A DNA stretch of 64,000 bases from Armatimonadota bacterium (lineage in GTDB: Bacteria > Armatimonadota > Fimbriimonadia > Fimbriimonadales > Fimbriimonadaceae): NCBI GenBank assembly GCA_031400935.1, contig JANNQV010000027.1, positions 1-64,000 of the forward strand. The letters are read 5' to 3'. The notes below the pieces were generated by a model. That model saw nothing but the letters and a program-made list of their open reading frames with translations, made no database searches and was not told where the DNA came from. This document shows positions 56,383-64,000 of this stretch, piece after piece. How positions within the stretch are numbered: position 1 is the stretch's first letter; every line of letters begins with the position of its first letter. The translations under genes and the position numbers were made by a program.

Positions 56383-58557
56383 ATGAAAACGACGACGCGA
56401 GCAGCACCTCGGAAGCGCATAACCGAAACTTCGCACAGAAGGCATGACATCGCCGGAGTACTCTGCCTGGCATTTGCCGCTATTGTCGGCATCGCCCTAT
56501 GGGCTGGAAATGCGGGTTTGCTCGGCCAAGGAATCACCGATGTTCTCAAACTTCTTTTTGGTGGAGGCACTTGGGCAATCGTGGCAGCTTTTGCCTTTCT
56601 GGGTATCGGAATACTAGGCGGCCGAAAGAAAATTGAGATCACCCAACTCGGAATTGGGTTAGTTCTCCTATTCTGTACCGTTGTCGGCTTGATGGCTCGA
56701 ACTCAATCAGGCGATTACTTTGATCCAGAAATTGTCGCTCAGAGCGGCGGTTATGTCGGTGCTGTAATTGCATGGGCGCTAGAAGGCTTGCTTGGAACTG
56801 CAAAAAATGTAGGAATTGGCAGCCTTGGCATGATTGGGTTCATTTTGTGCCTGCAAATGCCTATTCACGCAATGATTGAACTAGCTGCAGAACGTGCAAA
56901 GAAGCTGAAGCCCAAGTCAAATGCGGCAAGGGTCGCTGCAAGGGCAGTCGTTCAAATGGAATCTCGCGAACCTGTTGCAGCGAGCAAAGCGCGAATTCTT
57001 GAGCGAACTCCAATGCCAGAAGATCAGCAGCCTCAATTGGCAGAAACAAAGGCAAAGCAATCGCCGATAATCACTGAATTAGACAACGGCTCGAAGTTCT
57101 CGGACACAACTTCTACCCCAAAGGAAGGCTACAAATTGCCTCCGATGGGCCTGTTGCAAGCTCCCGCCGAAAAGCCAAAGCGAACTGCGCAGGAAATGCA
57201 GCAGAACATTCAAACGCTTGAATCAACTTTGGAAGAGTTTGGGATTGAAGCAAACGTGGTGGAAGTTGCCACAGGACCCACAATTACTCGCTACGAATGT
57301 CAGCTCGGTCCAGGAATCAAAGTAAGCAGAATCACTGCCCTTGCAGACAACATTGCGATGAATCTGGCAGCTTCCCATGTTCGGGTCGAAGCCCCCATTC
57401 CTGGCAAAGCCGCCATTGGCGTTGAAGTCCCGAATGCAAAGCGCATAGCGGTCACTCTGCGTGAATGTTGCGAAACAAGGGAGTTCAAAGAGCATCCTTC
57501 AAGGCTTTATGTAGCTCTCGGGCAGGACGTTGCAGGTCGGAATATGTACGCCGATTTGACCAAAATGCCACACCTCTTGATCGGAGGAGCAACGAATTCT
57601 GGAAAATCCATCGGACTGGCGGGCATCATCATGTCGCTCATGATTCGCAACACGCCGAAGGATGTGAAATTCGTTATGATTGACCCGAAACGGGTTGAAC
57701 TCACACTTTTTGACCGGCTTCCGCATCTTTTGTGTCCTGTAGTGACCGATATGAAGGAAGCTCCTGCCGTACTTAGGGCAGTTTGGCGGGAAATGGATCG
57801 CCGCTACGATTTGCTCAATCAAGAAAAGGTTCGGAATATTGACGGTTGGAATGAAAGGGCAAGCTTTCAAGAAAAAATGCCCTACATCGTTGTCATCATA
57901 GATGAGCTTGCCGATTTGATGATTGCGGCAAAAGCTGAGGTCGAAACAACTGTTGTCCGCCTTGCTCAGCTTGCACGGGCGGTCGGAATCCATTTAGTAA
58001 TCGCTACACAAAGGCCTTCGGTTGACGTTATAACGGGCACTATAAAAGCGAATATCCCTTCTCGGATCGCATTTGCCGTGAGCAGCCAGATTGACTCGCG
58101 TACGATCCTTGATGAAAAGGGTGCAGAAGACCTGATCGGCCGTGGGGACATGCTCTATGCACCGATTGACGCCAGCAAGCCCGTTCGAATTCAGGGTTGT
58201 TACGTTTCGGAAGATGAGATCGAAAAGATTTGTGATTTCTGGCGAGAGCAAGAACCGCCAGCGTATCAATTGAATCCAAAAGAACTTGTAAAGGAAGCGG
58301 CGACCGAATCTCGCGAGACGAGTAGCAGAACTAACGACGGCGAGAACGATGCGCTGTATCAAGATGCAGTAATGTTTGCTGCAGAACGGGGTCAGGTTTC
58401 GACCTCCATGCTTCAGCGCAGGTTCGCTATCGGGTTTCAGAGAGCTTCTCGGTTGCTCGATGTAATGGAAGAAAGAAACATTGTCGGCCAGCGCGATGGA
58501 CCTCGGCCGAGAGAGGTCTTGATCAATATCGTAGAAGCTGAAGAAATGTTTGGTTAG
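56383..58557 (+). CDS. ftsK: DNA translocase FtsK/SpoIIIE
   Basis: N-terminal TMs, PHLLIGGATNSGKS, IDELADL, ATQRPS, gamma domain STSMLQRR. Confidence 0.96.
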   Translation: MKTTTRAAPRKRITETSHRRHDIAGVLCLAFAAIVGIALWAGNAGLLGQGITDVLKLLFGGGTWAIVAAFAFLGIGILGGRKKIEITQLGIGLVLLFCTVVGLMARTQSGDYFDPEIVAQSGGYVGAVIAWALEGLLGTAKNVGIGSLGMIGFILCLQMPIHAMIELAAERAKKLKPKSNAARVAARAVVQMESREPVAASKARILERTPMPEDQQPQLAETKAKQSPIITELDNGSKFSDTTSTPKEGYKLPPMGLLQAPAEKPKRTAQEMQQNIQTLESTLEEFGIEANVVEVATGPTITRYECQLGPGIKVSRITALADNIAMNLAASHVRVEAPIPGKAAIGVEVPNAKRIAVTLRECCETREFKEHPSRLYVALGQDVAGRNMYADLTKMPHLLIGGATNSGKSIGLAGIIMSLMIRNTPKDVKFVMIDPKRVELTLFDRLPHLLCPVVTDMKEAPAVLRAVWREMDRRYDLLNQEKVRNIDGWNERASFQEKMPYIVVIIDELADLMIAAKAEVETTVVRLAQLARAVGIHLVIATQRPSVDVITGTIKANIPSRIAFAVSSQIDSRTILDEKGAEDLIGRGDMLYAPIDASKPVRIQGCYVSEDEIEKICDFWREQEPPAYQLNPKELVKEAATESRETSSRTNDGENDALYQDAVMFAAERGQVSTSMLQRRFAIGFQRASRLLDVMEERNIVGQRDGPRPREVLINIVEAEEMFG

Positions 58558-58583
58558 GTTTTTGGTTCGGACTTTCGAGAATT

Positions 58584-58611
58584 CATAGGACAAACAGGAC
58601 ATATAGGACAT
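58584..58611 (+). repeat. 9-bp-period repeat (aggaca x3)
   Basis: cataggacaaacaggacatataggacat. Confidence 0.5.
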
Positions 58612-58712
58612 GTTGGTCTGATAGACTTCCGTACCAGCTCGATAAAAACCTATAAACCATTTTCAGAACTTCGGAGAACCGTTACACGGTGTTCCCCAAG
58701 TATCCTAACAAA

Positions 58713-60722
58713 ATGAAGTGGATACGTCACATTGCCCTTTTTGCCGCAGTTATTTGCGCCTCAAGTTCGTTTCCCCAAGACATCGCATCAAAAATTGATG
58801 CCGCGATTAGGAAGGCAGATTCTGGAATCGCCAGAATCCTCGCTCTAACTCCCGGAGAAAGAAATTTTGACAACGTTCTCGGATTCTTAGACAGGCTGAC
58901 CGCCGAGTTTGACTCGGAAACTAGCATGGGAATCTTCCAACAGTATGTAAATCCAGATTCCAAGATTCGAGATCAGTCTCGTCAAGCCGAAGAAACGGTA
59001 ACGAACTGGTACATCGAGGTCGGCAAACGAGAAGACCTCTACAGTGCAATCAATGCTTACGCCGACACAAAACCAAATCTTGCGGGCGAACAAAAACGAA
59101 TGTTGGATCAAACCATTCGAGATTACAAGCGCAGCGGAATGTCTCTGCCAAAGGAAACCAGAGATCGGCTCAAGGCCTTAGACATGGCGATCTCAAAGAT
59201 TGGAATCGAATTTGAAACCAACATCGCCGAAGACAAGACCAAAGTTCCATTGAACATGGCTGAGCTTAAAGGTGTGCCCCAAGAAGTCGTAGATAGGCTC
59301 CCAAAAATTGGAAATACAGTCCTCGCTGGGCTTGACGGGCCAACCTATGGAGCAATCATGGACTACTGCTCTATTGAGGAGACTCGAAGAAAGATGCAGT
59401 GGCTTTACCGCCGCCGCGCTCCAAAAAATGTGGAAGTCTTGGAACAAATGCTAAAACTTCGCGATGAAAAGTCGTTGCTTCTTGGATACAAGAATACAGT
59501 GGACTACGAAGTTGACGTTCGAATGGCAAAGAACTCTGAGACTGTCAAAAAGTTTTATGAGCAGCTTCTCCCATCTGTGAAGAAAAAAGCAGAGATTGAC
59601 TTTGCAGAGTTGCAAAGCGCGAAACGACAGTTCACCAAAGATAAAAAAGCTGTATTGAATCCTTGGGACTACGCTTTCTTCAAAAATTATCTCCTCGCTA
59701 AGAAGTATGCGGTTGATACTCAGAAGGTCAGTGAATATTTCCCAATGGAAAGAGTGCTCGAAGGGCTTTTCACAATTACTGGAAAGTTGTTCTCAATTAC
59801 TTATTCAGATATGACGAGCCAGGCTGGCCAACTCGGGTTTACGATTTGGCATGACGACGTAAAGCTTTATCAGATTAAAGACACCGCGAGCGGAAAAATT
59901 CTTGGGCACATGTTCACTGATTTGTATCCTCGTGAAAACAAATACAATCACGCCGCTTGTTGGGGCTTGACCGCTCGACGGGCGAACGAAGACGGTACAG
60001 TGCAGCTTCCTGTTGCTGCTCTAGTTTGCAATTTCACCAAACCAACGCCGACAAAGCCTTCTTTGATGCCGCATGACGAAGTGGAGACATTTTTCCACGA
60101 ATTCGGCCACGGGCTTCACAATATTCTCTCGCAAGCCAAATATGCGAGATTTGCAGGAACTTCAGTTGCACGTGATTTCGTGGAGGCTCCGAGTCAGATG
60201 CTCGAAAACTGGGTTTGGTCGGCAGAAGCTTTGGCCCTTTTTGCTAAGCACTACAAGACAAACGAGCCAATTCCAGCCGCGCTAGTTAAAGGCATGAAGG
60301 CTGCCCAGTCGTTGGGCAGCGGAATTGAAACGGAGGGACAAATGTGGCTTGGAATGATGGATCAGGCCTTCCATACGGCTCCAAAGGGCGAAATTGACAC
60401 AACAAAAGCATGTTGGGACGTGTATGAACAGGTAATGCCCTACAAAAGATTGCCGAGTGCGTTTTCGCAAGCCTCGTTCGGTCACCTGAACGGGTATCAG
60501 GGAGCTTATTACGGCTATTTGTGGTCGCTGGTGTACGCACAAGACATGTTCGGAAGATTTGAAGAGAAGGGAGTGTTGAGCGAAGAGGCTGGCCGCTACT
60601 ACCGAGACAAAGTTCTCGGACGAGGTGGCACGATGGACGAACTCGACATGCTCCGCGATTATTTAGGTCGGGAGCCGAATATGGCTGCATTTATGCGAAG
60701 GCTTGGGCTTTCTGGACACTAA
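58713..60722 (+). CDS. M3A oligopeptidase (thimet oligopeptidase-like), exported
   Basis: FHEFGHGLH, DFVEAPSQMLENW, YYGYLWS. Signal peptide from ATG 58713. Confidence 0.92.
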   Translation: MKWIRHIALFAAVICASSSFPQDIASKIDAAIRKADSGIARILALTPGERNFDNVLGFLDRLTAEFDSETSMGIFQQYVNPDSKIRDQSRQAEETVTNWYIEVGKREDLYSAINAYADTKPNLAGEQKRMLDQTIRDYKRSGMSLPKETRDRLKALDMAISKIGIEFETNIAEDKTKVPLNMAELKGVPQEVVDRLPKIGNTVLAGLDGPTYGAIMDYCSIEETRRKMQWLYRRRAPKNVEVLEQMLKLRDEKSLLLGYKNTVDYEVDVRMAKNSETVKKFYEQLLPSVKKKAEIDFAELQSAKRQFTKDKKAVLNPWDYAFFKNYLLAKKYAVDTQKVSEYFPMERVLEGLFTITGKLFSITYSDMTSQAGQLGFTIWHDDVKLYQIKDTASGKILGHMFTDLYPRENKYNHAACWGLTARRANEDGTVQLPVAALVCNFTKPTPTKPSLMPHDEVETFFHEFGHGLHNILSQAKYARFAGTSVARDFVEAPSQMLENWVWSAEALALFAKHYKTNEPIPAALVKGMKAAQSLGSGIETEGQMWLGMMDQAFHTAPKGEIDTTKACWDVYEQVMPYKRLPSAFSQASFGHLNGYQGAYYGYLWSLVYAQDMFGRFEEKGVLSEEAGRYYRDKVLGRGGTMDELDMLRDYLGREPNMAAFMRRLGLSGH

Positions 60723-60742
60723 ATTTCGATGAAATCAGAATC

Positions 60743-61309
60743 ATGCGCCCCACTTCACGAAAGAAACCAATTGGAATAACCGGCGGGATTGCCACGGGCA
60801 AGTCAACGGTTTGCAACATCCTACGTGAAATGGGTCATTCCGTTGATTCGGCGGATGAAATTGCAGAAAAAATTTATGATGAGCCTGAAATTCAATTGTC
60901 ACTTTCTCAACTGTTAAGGTGCGAAATTCCGGTTTCTCGTGAATATTTGCGAACTCAAATGGCATCCTCGTCCGATATTCGAAAAGCAGTGAACAAAACA
61001 TTTCATCTAAAAATATTGGAAAAAATTCACCAAAGCGAGGCACAGTTCATCGAAGTTCCGATTTTGATTGAAACGTGCATTTTAGATTCCTTTTCGCAGG
61101 TTTGGGTCGTCTGGTGCGACCCGGAAACGCAAAGAAAACGGCTAGAATCTCGGTTAGGAAATGCGAAAGAAGCGGATGCGTGGCTGAAGACTCAGTTACC
61201 CATTCGCGCGAAAATTGCATTTGCGGATACAATCATCCGAACCAATGCATCTGTCACTTCCGTCCGAGAGGATATAGCGAAGCTGATGTTTGCTGTTTGT
61301 GCAGAATAG
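60743..61309 (+). CDS. coaE: Dephospho-CoA kinase
   Basis: IGITGGIATGKSTV, EVPILIE, Q..RL..R, ADTII.TN. Confidence 0.9.
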   Translation: MRPTSRKKPIGITGGIATGKSTVCNILREMGHSVDSADEIAEKIYDEPEIQLSLSQLLRCEIPVSREYLRTQMASSSDIRKAVNKTFHLKILEKIHQSEAQFIEVPILIETCILDSFSQVWVVWCDPETQRKRLESRLGNAKEADAWLKTQLPIRAKIAFADTIIRTNASVTSVREDIAKLMFAVCAE

Positions 61310-61310
61310 G

Positions 61311-61339
61311 TTGATTCCGTAAAAGGAACGTGCTATACT
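61311..61339 (+). promoter_or_regulatory. Sigma70-type promoter with ~200-nt leader
   Basis: TTGATT-N17-TATACT with extended TG. Strong SD AAGGAGG ahead of GTG 61542. Confidence 0.6.
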
Positions 61340-61541
61340 GCACCGAGTTCGAAGGATCGAACGCATTTTTTGATGCGGCTTCGATTCAGGTTCGATCAAT
61401 AAATAGTGTGAGGCGTAAAACAATGGAGATCATTATCCAGACGTTCAAGAGGGATCGCTTGATTGATTCGAGCACGAACCGACAATGGGCTTTCAGCCCC
61501 AAGAAATTTCAGAAGTTAACTGACAAGGAGGACTCGTCACG

Positions 61542-63467
61542 GTGAGGCGGTTCATCAATACAATTCCAGGACGGCTAGTTGCCAACGTTTCGGCGTTAGG
61601 CTTGCTATTGCCATTCCTTTCGTTACTCGTGCCTGCGCCCGCAGCAGCACAATTTCAACAACTCCCTACATGGGCAGTGGTTGATTTCGTCAACAAGTCG
61701 AAGACCGGCGGAGCAGAGGTTGGTTCGGCAGCAGCAGGAGCAGTCGGCAACGAATTGCTAAAGTCTGGCAAGTACGACATCGTTCCACAAGAAACGGTGC
61801 AACGTGCAGTCGAGTCCTTAGGGCTTCGTCAGCCAGTTACTGATAAGCCATCGCTACAACGCCTTGGTGGGGAGCTACGCGCCGCTACTTTGGTAACGGG
61901 CGAAGTTGTCAACTATCGCATCGTTAGCGAAAGCGGCGGCAAGAGAGCCGACGTTCTTTTGCGCATGGTTGTTTTGGACGTGTCTTCGGCGCTTCCTATC
62001 AATGGTGCGGCTATTGGGGCTAGTTCCTCTACTCGTGCAGGTGCAGTTGATGATACGACACTCTTAAACGAAGCTTTGGCAGCAGCGGCAGCCCAGGCGA
62101 CCAGAGAAATCAATCAACGCAATTTGCCAACAGCAACAGTACTTAACACGCTGACTAACGAAGCATTGATCAACCAAGGTACTCGAACTGGATTCCAGGC
62201 AGGTATGGAGTTGATTGTTGTTCGTGGAGCAGAGCAAGTTGCTACGGCCACGGTTGATACCGTTGAGTTTGATAGTGCTGTAGTTCGAATTACAAAGTCG
62301 TTTCGGGGCATTCAACCAGGCGACAAGGTTCGAGCGATCTTTGATCCACCGATTTTGAAACCAGATTGGAATGCAAACAATGGCAATCCTCAAATCGTAA
62401 AGCCTAAAACCCGAAAGAGCAACAGTCAATTTACGACTCTAGCAATAGTCGGTGGCATCATGGCCATCTTGTTGTCGAACAGCAGCACGGCAGAATCAGT
62501 TTCCGTATTCAACGCAGAAGCGATGTTGTATCCGAACTTTTCGGGTGTACCGGCGGTTCAGCTTAGCTGGAAGCTAGATTTGTTCCATCGTGGGCGATCC
62601 ACAATGTATTCTTGGCAATTGTTCCGAAACGACGTACTTACCAGTCCGGTAACCGTTGTTCTTGGAGATGCTACGAAGGCATGGGATACCACAGGTCCCC
62701 GAGACGTGGCTTTCAGCACGTTTGGCGGACAGATTGGCGGTAATACATGCGACAATGCTGCACCTGAAGACGAAACGGCAACAGGCGTTGCAGGTGTCAT
62801 AGCAGGTCGTCCATATACTTATCAGATTCAGCAACTCTACAGAGTGGCTGGAATTGATCTACCTGGCGGCGGGACAACCGGCGGTGGAACGACTGGTGGT
62901 GGTACTGGTGGAGGTACTGCTGGCACGACTGGTGGCACTGCCGGAACTACCGGCGGAACAGGTGGAACGACTGGCGGTACAGGTGGTACTGCTGAATTCT
63001 GTTACTTCTTGTCGCCTAAGCAGATGGCAAAGGGCATTGCAACTCCGCTTGATCGCGTATTGCAAGTTTCGCCTACATCGGGTGCAACAGTAGCAACAGA
63101 TGACAACTTTACGTTTACATCCGTAGCGACCGGGGCATTTCCGATCGTTGTGGAATATGCACTCCAATTCTCAACAGACGAATCGTTCACAAACAAGAAC
63201 TTGATCAAAACGTATGCCAAGATCATCCGGACCGAAATCGGAATTCTTGCGTTCGTACCTGTTGATTATCGTAGGAACACAAGCGATACGTTGTTGAATC
63301 GTCTGAGATCGGACTTTGGCAGTTCAACTCTTCAGGTGTTCTGGCGAGTAGGCGGTCGCAATACTTCCGACCTTCCAGGCCCGGTAGCCGATAAGGCTGG
63401 GAACAGGTATGTCTTTGGCCCACCACGTAGAATGTTGTTGCCAACGCTGCCGCCACCGCCTCCGTAA
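61542..63467 (+). CDS. Secreted multidomain protein (CsgG/TolB-N-like alpha/beta domain, FlgT-C-like beta domain, FN3-like region, Gly-Thr repeat)
   Basis: Signal ending AAA. WAVVDFVN...ELLKSGKYDIV...LVTGEV, then LINQG.RTG...GM, then GGTTGG repeats, ending PPPPP. Confidence 0.6.
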   Translation: MRRFINTIPGRLVANVSALGLLLPFLSLLVPAPAAAQFQQLPTWAVVDFVNKSKTGGAEVGSAAAGAVGNELLKSGKYDIVPQETVQRAVESLGLRQPVTDKPSLQRLGGELRAATLVTGEVVNYRIVSESGGKRADVLLRMVVLDVSSALPINGAAIGASSSTRAGAVDDTTLLNEALAAAAAQATREINQRNLPTATVLNTLTNEALINQGTRTGFQAGMELIVVRGAEQVATATVDTVEFDSAVVRITKSFRGIQPGDKVRAIFDPPILKPDWNANNGNPQIVKPKTRKSNSQFTTLAIVGGIMAILLSNSSTAESVSVFNAEAMLYPNFSGVPAVQLSWKLDLFHRGRSTMYSWQLFRNDVLTSPVTVVLGDATKAWDTTGPRDVAFSTFGGQIGGNTCDNAAPEDETATGVAGVIAGRPYTYQIQQLYRVAGIDLPGGGTTGGGTTGGGTGGGTAGTTGGTAGTTGGTGGTTGGTGGTAEFCYFLSPKQMAKGIATPLDRVLQVSPTSGATVATDDNFTFTSVATGAFPIVVEYALQFSTDESFTNKNLIKTYAKIIRTEIGILAFVPVDYRRNTSDTLLNRLRSDFGSSTLQVFWRVGGRNTSDLPGPVADKAGNRYVFGPPRRMLLPTLPPPPP

Positions 63468-63599
63468 GAAAATGGATGGTCTACTGTAATAATTGCAGTA
63501 CTGGCCACAATTGAGGAAACGTCATACGTAATGTCAGTTAGAACCCGGAGTTTCAAACAAATGAAATTCCGGGTCTCTTCAGAGAGCGAAGGATAGAAA

Positions 63600-64000
63600 A
63601 TGAATACGCGTTTTTCAAAAGTTTTTGGGTTTGCAATGATCGCCGCATTCGGTGCTAGAGCCGCCTACGGCCAAGCTGGAAGTTGGGGTTTCGAATGTAT
63701 TGACCCGATGAATACAATGCCACGCTCGATACCGTTTGGCTCCCTAGGCCAAGCGAATCTGTTAATGGCTGCAAGCACAGGTGTTGTCGGAACCGTCACT
63801 TACGGCGGGGCCAACGGCCCGTGCTTTGGACCAACCGCCTATACTGGCAACTTGCCAGGTGGATTTGGATTTATGAATGGATTCCTGGGCTCGGTTCAGG
63901 ATCAAAATCCAGCCGACCCCAATAGCAGTTTTACAGATGATGGCTTGATTCACACATGGGGGATGCCGATTGATCCGAACCGAGATGGCGGCATCATGAT
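63600..64000 (+). CDS. Secreted protein, N-terminal part (runs off right edge)
   Basis: ATG at 63600 after aagga, open to the window end. Signal peptide MNTRFSKVFGFAMIAAFGARAAYG. Not in the ORF track. Confidence 0.75.
   Translation, partial: MNTRFSKVFGFAMIAAFGARAAYGQAGSWGFECIDPMNTMPRSIPFGSLGQANLLMAASTGVVGTVTYGGANGPCFGPTAYTGNLPGGFGFMNGFLGSVQDQNPADPNSSFTDDGLIHTWGMPIDPNRDGGIM

Noticed and set aside
62864..62990. GGC/GGT-ACN DNA repeat
   Set aside because: It encodes the Gly-Thr linker and uses varied synonymous codons, so it is not an independent repeat element.

Overview
A gene-dense 64 kb bacterial chromosome segment of roughly 48% GC (estimated by eye). Gene content and lineage-style hypothetical proteins suggest a diderm, possibly Armatimonadota/Fimbriimonadaceae; this is inference and not provable here. 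Most genes are housekeeping or envelope: rnj end, ruvAB, rodA, queF, lpdA, GH57 branching enzyme, pxpBAC, dut, tgt, ALDH16, deoC, ftsY, rmuC, lnt, lon, fdx, iscA-type, ftsK, coaE. I found no rRNA, tRNA, CRISPR array or transposase. Best leads: (1) a Sec-signal RHS toxin with an HNH-like tip plus an abutting orphan candidate immunity gene; (2) a translationally coupled operon of a stand-alone SecD-P1-head-like protein, four paralogous exported proteins and RodA; (3) pervasive -10 boxes 5-8 nt from start codons, implying leaderless mRNAs; (4) a secreted protein with an unnamed ~148-aa C-terminal domain that may be a sorting module; (5) a Clp1/Grc3-like protein lacking its Walker A; (6) a TGT lacking the zinc cysteines; (7) two REP families, one with covarying stems, and a MITE-like element; (8) the start of a large secreted-protein operon at the right edge. 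All family assignments come from reading motifs by eye, not from database searches.
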